Part shown: one piece after another, positions 53,054-64,000 of the stretch
Layout of the letters: the number at the start of each line of letters is the position of its first letter
Position numbering within the stretch: the first letter of the stretch is position 1
DNA from: Phallusia mammillata
Lineage: Eukaryota
Assembly: GCA_965637545.1 (NCBI GenBank)
Contig: OZ281494.1
Coordinates: 26,536,001-26,600,000, forward strand
Reading direction: 5' to 3'
Length of the DNA stretch: 64,000 bases
Program-made: the position numbers and the translations under genes
Notes under the pieces: model-generated
Told to the model about the DNA's origin: nothing
The model's database searches: none
Seen by the model: the letters and a program-made list of their open reading frames with translations, nothing else

Positions 53054-53816
53054 AGGCATTATACTCACAGTAATGTTTGATTTTGTTGCATGAGTTTGTT
53101 GTCATTTTATAAACACACGTTTTTAGTTGGCTCATATCATAGTGTTGCTGTAAATTAAAGACGGGACTCTGTTCCCCTTTTCCATTGAAAATACGCTATT
53201 TTACAACCGACGCACACGCCTATTAATTAAAAAGATTCAAAGTGCCCAAAATGTGGCCTGTAGTTAATCGATTTGCAAAAAAGGCGATAAAACAATTATC
53301 TGTTTGTTGTATCTGTATTTCAAGCTTTCGCATTCAACGTTTATCTTTCTTTCAACGTTTACAGTATAAGACGGTCACACATTTGAAGCCATTTGTTTTA
53401 TAATAAGACACAATACTACTCTACACTGGCAAAATTAAAGCTCTTTTTTGTACTGTGATTTTGTTGGTCTTGATAAACTTGTATTTTTTTGCTTTTTATT
53501 GTAACAAATCATTGCTGTATGCCTCTCGTCATGCAAGTAGCATTTGCTTCAAATAATTAGTTCTGACGCAAAATTGATAGATTTATACACACAGTAAAGG
53601 CACGAAATCGTTCTGTGCGTGACAATGCTACAAATATCCTTGCCTGGTTTCCAATCGTTTTTGCCATTTGAACAAGTTAGGTATTTCAGACTACTTTGCC
53701 GAGTCGCAAACGTAGTGACAAAAGTTTGAGAAGCATTTATTGCAACTGTTTAAACAAAGATATACCTTACTGTATACACAACAACAACAATGTATTTCAA
53801 AGTTGTTTCGAAAAAC

Positions 53817-56021
53817 ATGATTTGTCTGCCGCTTACACTACTGTTGATAAGTGAAAGAAAATCTCAAGACTCGTCATCCACTGGTTGCAAGGGAAGTACA
53901 ATTATTCAGTATTTTGGGAGTGATTAGCATTTGACTCAACATCAGTTGCATCCAGTTGGTCCGTCAGGTCGTGGAGCACCTGGGTCACCCGGAAAAAGAG
54001 GACCTGTTGGCCAAGTGGGACCAATCGGTCCAAAGGTGCATACTTTTTAGGAAGAAAATCTGTACGGTGTGTTTGTTATTGTTTTTACGGAACCTTTGCA
54101 AGTGCAGCGTTGTCCTTTAGTTAAAAAATGAATCATGTGAGTTTAAGTAACGATATTTAGGATAATATAGTAACGCAAGTTGCATTTTGCCCATACCGTG
54201 ACTTGACACTAGTCCAAGTTTTTAATAAGAGTTTAAAGACACATTTTGATAGGCTCTGATTAGCTAACAATTTGTACGTGTAGTATGCTAAACTACACAC
54301 TTAAAGTGATAATAGTAGCATGCTTTGTAGATACTCTAATGGCTGACGTTTCCACTTCCAAAACGTTGTTTTTCAAGCTTTGAAAAAAGTATTTAAAACT
54401 GCGGCTTTGATTTGAAACCATTGATGCTGGGATACATTCAAGAATGTATGCAAAATGTTGCTACCCGCAATAAAGTTTTCATCTTATGTTTCAATAGGGC
54501 GAACCAGGCAGCAAAGGCCAAAAGGGAGAACCTGCGTCTGTTTCTACAATCAGGGAATTAAGAAACACAATTTCCCGCTTGGAACGCTCTGGTATTTTAT
54601 GATTGCTGGCATTTTTCTGTTTTGTGTATATCAGTTTTTCCACAAAGTTTAATTTTTTGCTTGTTTAGTAAATGCTGCGCCCACCAATTGCAATGAAGCT
54701 GCAGTGTCGTCAGGATATTATCTTATTTCACCTCTGGGGCTTCAGGGAATCCCCTTCTACGTTTACTGCAAAGGTAAAAAATTTAGTTGTTAAATACCTT
54801 CAAATGAACCGGAAATAAACCAAGCTACTTAATTGCGTATATTATTACGTTACTGATTTGTATCACTTTAATGCAAGTAAGCTAACTTCCTTCGTTTCAA
54901 TAATCGTCACACTTAATTTACTTAGCTGGTTCTAGCGTTTCATCTGTGAAACGAGCATCGATTGGCCACGACAGTGAATCTGAAATTGCGACACAAAAAT
55001 GCGAACCACATAGATGTTACAGAAGGACAGTAACATACGACATAAGCATGGAAAATATTGTTCGCCTCTCAACACTGCAGACAATATATTAAGGTAACTG
55101 GTAAATAAGTAAATTCAGTAAGGCCGGCCCTTATATGGATGGCATAACACCAAATCAAGCTGATCTCCCAAGCATTTTCATATAGCAAGTGCGGTGGCAC
55201 TCTAACCCACGACAAGAGCCTTTTCGGGGATCGCGTTTTACCAACTGAGCCACGCAGGCTCATTGGCGAGCCCACCGAAAGTCCAATCACATGCGCGTTA
55301 AACGAATGACGTAAACAGCAATCAGGTATTAATCAAGTAATGTTTAACAAATCGTAGGTTTTTTGAGCCGGCTTTGATTTCCTGGCGTCTTTCTTCTTAA
55401 TCGCCACAAACACACTGTTATCCATCGTTAAACCATCCAATGGCTTAACATTTTGCATGTTAATCCGATTACTACGTTGATGGTTCATAATATCTACGTT
55501 AAGTTTTCAAAAATTGAAACCAGTTAATCTGTTTAGTATCGGTGTAAAGGATCTCATCTATGCAATACCAAACATGTTTACGCAGCCTGGGTGTCAAGAA
55601 ACGGAATACTGAAATACAACTGGGGTGGAAGTGAGAGAGACAGCTATTGCGCGTGTGGGGAAACCGGTAAGTCTATGGTCTATTTCTTTCATTGAATTTA
55701 AATGTATTTTTTGTCGAGTTGACACACAGTATATATGTCACCCACAATTCCTCTGCACCTTAACAAAATAAACACGTTTTTAATTTCGGATTTGTTTTTA
55801 CTAATTGCTTTGAACAAAATCATTCTTTATTTGATCAAGGAACGTGCATCGACAATAACTACAAATGTAACTGTGATAAAAATTCAAATGATATAACTAC
55901 TTCGGATGAAGGATACCTGACAAACAAAGATGATCTACCAGTAACTGAAATGCATTTCGGAGACACTGGGGGCAGTGGCGAGCGTGGTTGGCACACTCTG
56001 GGAAAACTTGAATGCTGGTGA
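53817..56021 (+). pseudogene. Paralogue I: 6-exon form, pseudogene
   Basis: Exons 53817-54035 (TAG at 53925, codon 37, CAG in paralogues), 54498-54591, 54669-54773, 54926-55093 (11-nt deletion frameshift near 55068), 55537-55666, 55840-56021. Confidence 0.88.
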
Positions 56022-56196
56022 AAAGAATGCTTAGATAGATATAATCGAACTATAATGCCCGCATGTAGATGTACTGACTCGTATATTCTATCCTTTTAAC
56101 TGCTATTTCAAATCATATTATACGTCCCACGAATTATCTCCCATTTTCGTATTGCATTGAAAATCGGCACACAAATCCTAAACAAAAATCACAAGG

Positions 56197-56291
56197 ATCG
56201 GTTATATATATATCGGTTATATATCGGTTATATATCGGTTATATATCGGTTATATATCGGTTATATATATCGGTTATATATCGGTTATATA
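56197..56291. repeat. Minisatellite (ATCGGTTATAT)n with variable TA number
   Basis: About 8 copies of an 11-13 bp unit. Confidence 0.9.
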
Positions 56292-57689
56292 GGGTATGGA
56301 TATTGTACAATATCATATTGCTGACATTTGTTTTGGCCAAAGTACCATAGAAAATCTATGACAATGACACAGTTAAGCATGTCCAACAATCATTAAATTA
56401 TTGTTGCTGCATAAGTTTTGCAATCGCGCTGACCTTTGCAAAATGTATTGCTCATCTTGCTTAAGAGGCTGCATGGAATTAAACGTGACGCGAAAAATCT
56501 TGGTCTAAGGTCATATTTTAGTGTAAAGAATTTGAGTGGCGTTGCGATTGCGTCGGAGAAGAAATAAATTTAATGCCATGAAGCTGCATTTTCTTGTTTT
56601 ATTTTCATATGGACTGTTATCATTTAGTGTTAAAATGCAAAGAAAGCTCGTTTTACTTTATTTGGAAAACATAAAAGTACAATGACAAGCGAACACTATG
56701 AAAATGTATAACCCCGAAGTTCTACCCGAATCCGAATCTTTTTTTTAGCATTCCGTTTGGGCCCGAAGGTTTTATTGACAGGTCTACATTAAAACTAAAC
56801 AATAGTGGGCAATGGCTTTACCTGGACGTTTAATGGCTGTTTGGCATTACGTTAAGTCCAGCTACTATCCGCTAAGCTAGGTAATTTGTATTTTTTGTTA
56901 AATTATGGAAACAGAATGGGAAGTCAGGGCCGAATCAAGTCCGTTTGTTAAAAAAAATCTAAGTCTGAACCAGATCCGGAAAGCCTGGCCCGACCTGACT
57001 TAAACACACGTAATCCTGTTAGTAGACAATACTATTGCCCACAAGACACAAAAGAACCTGACAAAAAAGGGTACTGATTTTATATAAAGTATAAACCAGG
57101 GGTTCTTAAACAGGGCTGCACGCACCCCCAAGGGATGCGAGAACTGTTCCTAGGGGGTGCGGGGGTGCTACATCATCAAAGTTGGTTAGGTCTATTCTAT
57201 ATAAATACAAAAACCCAGGGGGTGCGAAAATTGGTTGGTGATTTGAAATGAGTGCAGCAAGGAAAAAAGGTTAAGAACCACTGGTATAAACTATAGTCCG
57301 GAATTTCCCAGACATATCTGGAATTTCTGTGAAAAATCTATGCCCGACAATAAAGTTATAATTAACCAAGTTTGAAAATTAAACAATTCATACCATTTTA
57401 AAGCACCTACATTTTGAAAACAAATCAAGCACTCGTGATCACAAGGTTCACTAAGAGGTTATTTTGTAACCTTTTTCACACGGTAACATCCTTGTGTTTC
57501 TTGCTAAAACACAGGTATCAGGCCGACACAAATGCTTGTGACATGTTAGTCGGCGGATGTATATCAGACAAGGTACGTTATGTTTAAATCGAAAATCGAA
57601 TGAAATAAATTTCATCTCAGTGTCATTAGCGCAGCATAGAGAGTGGTAACAGTGTACCCTCCCATTTACTTCGAAAATTGTCCAACAAA

Positions 57690-60600
57690 ATGTCGTGGAC
57701 TTTTTTCTTGGCTTTTTTGATCTGTATGAGAACCAGTCATGGATTCGAAGGTAAAATGGATATTTTTTTTAAAACTATATAAATATTTGTGCTTTTGCAA
57801 AAAGATTTTGGCATAATTCGATGACTAAATTTTGTAAGCATTGGTGACGCAACATTTACTTTTATTTTTTATTATTTTACTCACTGTTGACTTAGTGGGC
57901 GCCTTATTAAGTCGTGTGTGCAATTTAAAGCAGGACTGGTGATTGATAACAATTTATCGAAATATATATGTTTTTTGGTTGCAGTGACGTGCGAAACCGA
58001 GTTTTCTGAATTGAAACATTCCACGACAAAACTTCTGTGCCCTGCTAACTGCTGGAGGCAACATTCAACTTTGTGTGGTGACCGTGTTTACTCCAGGGGT
58101 CCGGTGTGTCTAGCTGCTATGCAGGATCAATGGATTGACGGTAGGTGACATCGTTCGTTTAGCTTTTACCCTGCCTTTTAAGTATTCTACCATGGCTGTC
58201 CTATAAAGGAAATACGGATACCTCTTTTATCCATACAACTAAATTATTGTGTAAACTAATAGCTTGTTGTTTTTGAGTTTCTCCTCATGTTGATATGTGG
58301 TTTTGAGAGGGCCAACTTTTAGACTCAAAACTGGCCTGATTCCAAAAATATAAGCCCGAAACCTACCAAACTCAAACATTTAACAAATTCTAACTATTCC
58401 CATACTCCCGTGATTCCCGCTTAAACCAAACTAAGTATTATGACAAAACATGCATTGTTGAGATGTAAAAAGCAACAAATCTGCCATTTTTTGCATAGTT
58501 TGTAATCAGGCATAGTTTGAAATTAGAAATTTTTGCTTAGTTGAAAATCATGCATCTAAACGTTGTTTTCAAAAAACTCCTAGGCCCAGACCCGAAACGG
58601 TGGTTGTCGGTGGCGCGGGTTACAACTCGGACACAAAGACACACAAACAAATAGCATAACTAAGTGGACGTTCTTGTCCTTTTATTCCTCACTTTGTAGG
58701 TGGTGGTGGACCAGTGGTTGTTTTTCGAAATCCAAATAGCAATCGCAATCATTACAGTGGAGGAAATCGAAATGCAGTGACGAGTAATTCATGTTCTGCC
58801 TCTGGAAGCTCCTACTCCTTTGAAAGTAAGTGATGAAATCCAAACATCCGTAACGTTAAATTTGGCTAACAAGTTTTGAAATTGCCTTTGACAAAAATGT
58901 TGCGTTCTTCAAACACAGAACCCTAATACGAATCCCGATCAGTGTTTTAGCGTTGTAATATGGGTTACTGAGATTGGCCCACAATGCGCGAGAAAAGGTG
59001 ACGGAACCAATATTATCATAAAATTATTGAACACATCGGTATGTGGTGTTTCTATTTATAATAATGTCGACAGTCAATGGTCCAGAGGTGTAGGCATAAG
59101 CCACACCCTTCTTGCGTAGATCATGTGAACAATTTCTGTCATATAACAACGATTTTCGACTTTTTGTCGAGTAATTAAGTAATAACTTAACACACACAAA
59201 ATCTTAGGGAAAAAAGGTGCTTGGTTTTAACGCAAACATAACTTGTTTAGTGACATGCTCGACTCGGGGTGACTCGGCATCATCAGTCACTAGTGTATGG
59301 TGTCCAGCTGCTTGCGGAAATGAACCGGTCTACGGGTCGGTAATGTACAGTGTCAAGTCATCGGTATGTAGAGCTGCAATACATGCTGGAAAAATTTCAG
59401 GTAAGAGAATCAAGCTATCGCAAAACCATCTGCTGCGGTTTTGGATGTCGAAAAACTTTAGGGCTTTGGTATCAACGCTTGATTCGCCCAACGCACGAAG
59501 CAAAAATTTTCTTCGTAATAGTAGGCTGCTTTAGAATTTGTTGCAAAGCATGTTTTCTGTAAAACAACACTGCGCATAACGCTTGTGCTTAACACTGTCA
59601 TGTGTAAAACTCCTACCAAAAACGTTGTAACGTCAACAATTAGACCTGATCTTGATTTACGTAAACCTAAAAAAGAGTCTCAAAGCCAAATTAAACCCTT
59701 CTCAAACCCGGCTTCAGTTTGAATAAAACAGTTGATTTGTTTTTGACTTTACGCCAGGCAACATTTGTGTTTTTGGTCAAACTAACTTTCGGGTTATAAA
59801 GTGGCATTTCCTCCTAATCTTTTGTCATGCACTGCCGAGTGCTTCCGCTGAAAATAATTATGGCAAAAACAGTGGTTTGTTTTCGCATTAATTTGGTTAA
59901 TCATAAGACCTACTTTATTATCAGTATTTGGGGGTGTTTGACCTTCTTAAATTGACCTAACAACATGTGTGTCATTTTTGTTCCTTTCAGAAGGAGGAGG
60001 ATTCGTCAGATTCTTTGCAGCTAAAAGTCAACATGTTTTTATCGGTTCGTTATCAAATGGAATTGTAAGCAATTCTTCTGAAGAGATTGGTTCTGCGTTT
60101 AGCTTTACAAGTAAGATATGAATACTAACACAGCCGTGTTAAATGGGAACAAGCCCCTAGCAAACTTTTTAGCATATTTTCTCAATTTTATAGAAGAGTC
60201 GTGTTTGATGGCGTCTGGAGACAAAAGACCAGGCCTGTAATTAGTAAACTCTGTTCCAAAGTGAAAGTTAAATCGGCAAAACATTAACACTCTGTTTGAA
60301 AATTAATTTTTAAAGCCCAACCAAACAATACCATTCTCATTTGACACATCAAGCGGGTTTAAACGCTGGTCGCTTTTTGTACAAAACCCGATTCTATTCT
60401 GTTTGTACGTGGTTTAAGAGCAGTGGTTCTCAAACCTTTTTATTGTCGGGGCCAAATGATATTTTTTAAGTGTGTAGGGAGCCGCAAAAAAAACACGAAA
60501 CCTTGAGAAATTCACTAAAGAAGATGACTTTGAAAGCTAAAATAGCAATGTTTGGTGGATTTCTGAGGTCTGGTGCGAGCCGCAAAATAAGTAGTTGGGA

Positions 60601-62416
60601 GCCGCATGCGGCCCCGAAAACCGAGTTTGAGAACCACTGTTTAAGAGCAAGTTCCAACCATTTTAAAAGATGCCTAAAATCTAACGTTGTATGCCATTTC
60701 TCGTTTACCAGCCGTAACATTGCATTGTTTGAGTTTTGCAGATAAAGACGAATGTGAAGGTAATCCATGCATGCATGGCGGCACTTGTGTGAACGGACTA
60801 GAGGAGCATTTTTGCCTGTGCAGGCCACTTTATACAGGAAAAAAATGCGAGATGGGTGTGTTAAACAAATCGTGTTGGTAAAACTGGCGTACGATTGTAA
60901 AATTGCAAAACATTTGGTGCCTTTTTAGGTTAAAACTATGTGATAAATAATTCTAAACCGTACGCATTCATTTAGGTGGCAATATATTCAAATTAAACTA
61001 AAATTAACTTAATCACTAGCTTAAACCCAAGTCGAAATAACCTTTTCGCTAACTTATCATAAAAGTTATGGTTCTAAGCGAATCAAAACGAATATCAGTT
61101 GCGATCATCTCCCATCTCAGGCCCTAATGATTTGAATCCATAATAAGACGGAATGAACAAAAAGTTTAATTATTGTAATACTATGATCCCTGCCCAAAAA
61201 AATTTTTTTGTGTAACATATTTTTAAGCAGTTAGAATGACGTCGATTGGGCACGACAGCGAATATGAAATTGAGGCAGGTAACTGCGAACCAGCAAGATG
61301 TTACAAAAGAATCGTAACATACAACACCAGCATGGAAAACATTGTTCGTCTTATTAGTTCATCTCAACACTGCAGACAATTCATGAAGGTATTAAGTAAA
61401 ATAATTTATATGCCCTCTCACAATATATATGCCTGCATGCGTTTCATGCTACGGTTGGAATGACATCTTGAGGTGACATATAGCTAAACATATCAATTAT
61501 TCTTTCAGGTTAAACCTTAAAACGCCTACCAGCAAGTAAAACTTGCAAGGAAATGGCAGAAAAAAACACTGCTATCTTTTTACTAATATTGTCATTTTGA
61601 TACTGAGACAATTTCAAATAATTAAAAACCTACAATTAAGTTTTGATTCTGGCATGATTGGAAGATTAATGGCACCCTAATATTACGTAATTGGATACCC
61701 AGCACTTTTCAAAAGTTTCAAGGGTGAAAAAAGGTTTGTTTTATTTTGTTCAAAATGTGTGCAAAACCAATTTAACGATGTCTTATAAGCAAAAAGTCAC
61801 AAGCTATGTATAAAACGGGCAAAAGGTGTAAAAAACGCCCCAAAAACTTTCACGAACATTTTTGTTTATAGTACCGGTGCCGAGGTTCCGTTCTATTCTG
61901 GAATGGAGATTTTTATGCTGCTTGGGTGTCTAGAAACGGAACCCTGAAATACAACTGGGGTGGAAGTGAAAGAAACTACTATTGTGCGTGTGGAGAAACT
62001 GGTGAGTCCGAGTCAACTATTTAGGCCTGCAGAAAATCACTTTCGTTATATATTGTGCTTTTCCCGCGTTTTTTCATTCTTCACATCCGTCTTTTGCTTG
62101 CACTAAAGCATGCTGACTACCTTGCAGTGATAAACACACGTCGAATCAATTTTTAACCCACTTAAACATTCCAATTTCGTTCTAGTGCCTAGTTTTTGTT
62201 TTTGTACTGATTAAATTTATATTTTTCTTTAATGTAGGAACATGCATCGACAATAGTTACAAATGTAACTGCGACCAGAATTCAAAGTATATAACTACAT
62301 CGGATGAAGGATACCTGACAAACAAAGATGATCTACCAGTAACTAAAATGCATTTTGGAGACCTTAGCACTGGCGAGTATGGTTGGCACTCTCTGGGAAA
62401 ACTTGAATGCTGGTGA
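57690..62416 (+). CDS. Gene J2: second copy of the LCCL-LCCL-EGF-FReD chimera (397 aa)
   Basis: Exons 57690-57750, 57985-58140, 58700-58825, 59251-59400, 59991-60110, 60742-60855, 61231-61388, 61872-62001, 62238-62416. Differences from J1 seen by eye: I>T, D>A, I>M, E>K and one silent change. Confidence 0.88.
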
Positions 62417-63178
62417 AGGCATTATACTCACAGTAATGTTTGATTTTGTTGCATGAGTTTGTTGTCATTTTATAAACACACGTTTTTAGTTGGCTCATGT
62501 CATAGTGTTGCTGTAAATTAAAGACGGGACTCTGTTCCCTTTTCCATTGAAAATACGCTATTTTACAACCGACGCACACGCCTATTAATTAAAAAGATTC
62601 AAAGTGCCCAAAATGTGGCCTGTAGTTAATCGATTTGCAAAAAAGGCGATAAAACAATTATCTGTTTGTTGTATCTGTATTTCAAGCTTTCGCATTCAAC
62701 GTTTATCTTTCTTTCAACGTTTACAGTATAAGACGGTCACACATTTGAAGCCATTTGTTTTATAATAAGACACAATACTACTCTACACTGGCAAAATTAA
62801 AGCTCTTTTTTGTACTGTGATTTTGTTGGTCTTGATAAACTTGTATTTTTTTGCTTTTTATTGTAACAAATCATTGCTGTATGCCTCTCGTCATGCAAGT
62901 AGCATTTGCTTCAAATAATTAGTTCTGACGCAAAATTGATAGATTTATACACACAGTAAAGGCACGAAATCGTTCTGTGCGTGACAATGCTACAAATATC
63001 CTTGCCTGGTTTCCAATCGTTTTTGCCATTTGAACAAGTTAGGTATTTCAGACTATTTTGCCGAGTCGCAAACGTAGTGACAAAAGTTTGAGAAGCATTT
63101 ATTGCAACTGTTTTAACAAAGATATACCTTACTGTATACACAACAACAACAATGTATTTCAAAGTTGTTTCGAAAAAC

Positions 63179-63950
63179 ATGATTTGTCTGCCGCTTACAC
63201 TACTGTTGATAAGTGAAAGAAAATCTCAAGACTCGTCATCCACTGGTTGCAAGGGAAGTACAATTATTCAGTATTTTGGGAGTGATTAGCATTTGACTCA
63301 ACATCAGTTGCATCCAGTTGGTCCGTCAGGTCGTGAAGCACCTGGGTCACCCGGAAAAAGAGGACCTGTTGGCCAAGTGGGACCAATCGGTCCAAAGGTG
63401 CATACTTTTTAGGAAGAAAATCTGTACGGTGTGTTTGTTATTGTTTTTACGGAACCTTTGCAAGTGCAGCGTTGTCCTTTAGTTAAAAAATGAATCGTGT
63501 GAGTTTAAGTAACGATATTTAGGATAATATAGTAACGCAAGTTGCATTTTGCCCATACCGTGACTTGACACTAGTCCAAGTTTTTAATAAGAGTTTAAAG
63601 ACACATTTTGATAGGCTCTGATTAGCTAACAATTTGTACGTGTAGTATGCTAAACTACACACTTAAAGTGATAATAGTAGCATGCTTTGTAGATACTCTA
63701 GCTGACGTTTCCACTTCCAAAACGTTGTTTTTCAAGCTTTGAAAAAAGTATTTAAAACTGCGGCTTTGATTTGAAACCATTGATGCTGGGATACATTCAA
63801 GAATGTATGCAAAATGTTGCTACCCGCAATAAAGTTTTCATCTTATGTTTCAATAGGGCGAACCAGGCAGCAAAGGCCAAAAGGGAGAACCTGCGTCTGT
63901 TTCTACAATCAGGGAATTAAGAAACACAATTTCCCGCTTGGAACGCTCTG
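63179..63950 (+). pseudogene. Paralogue I2 (duplicate of I, truncated by window edge)
   Basis: Exons 63179-63397 (same TAG at 63287) and 63857-63950. Confidence 0.85.
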
Positions 63951-64000
63951 GTATTTTATGATTGCTGGCATTTTTCTGTTTTGTGTATATCAGTTTTTCC

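Larger units (their letters stand above)
47688..57057 (+). repeat. Unit 1 of a ~9.36-kb near-identical tandem duplication (J1 + I)
   Basis: Offsets to the second copy: 48324/57690, 49887/59251, 51868/61231, 53817/63179 (9362-9366 bp). Only scattered SNPs and small indels visible. Confidence 0.93.
57058..64000 (+). repeat. Unit 2 of the tandem duplication (runs off the window)
   Basis: Near-identical to 47688-54640. Confidence 0.93.

Overview
AT-rich, intron-containing eukaryotic (invertebrate animal) DNA. The short GT-AG introns and dense MITEs suggest a tunicate-like genome, but that is inference only. The window is a tandem gene cluster. It holds about 10 paralogues (A-I, I2) of a small secreted protein built as signal peptide + CKG motif + about 10 Gly-X-Y triplets + coiled-coil neck + a fibrinogen-related domain of the Caspr/neurexin-IV (CNTNAP) type. 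The organisation is ficolin/collectin-like, but the head domain is atypical. B, C, D, E and G are intact; A has one homopolymer frameshift; F, H, I and I2 are pseudogenes. Two near-identical copies (J1, J2) of a chimeric gene have signal-LCCL-LCCL-EGF exons in place of the collagen exons, spliced onto the same head domain. They lie in a recent ~9.36 kb tandem duplication. An 11.6 kb BEL/Pao LTR retrotransposon interrupts the cluster. Its 5' LTR carries a P-element-like transposon, which itself carries a third TIR element. Many hAT-type MITEs with clean 8-bp TSDs sit in introns and spacers, and one lies inside a coding exon. All gene models were built by eye from splice sites and paralogue alignment; no database searches were run.
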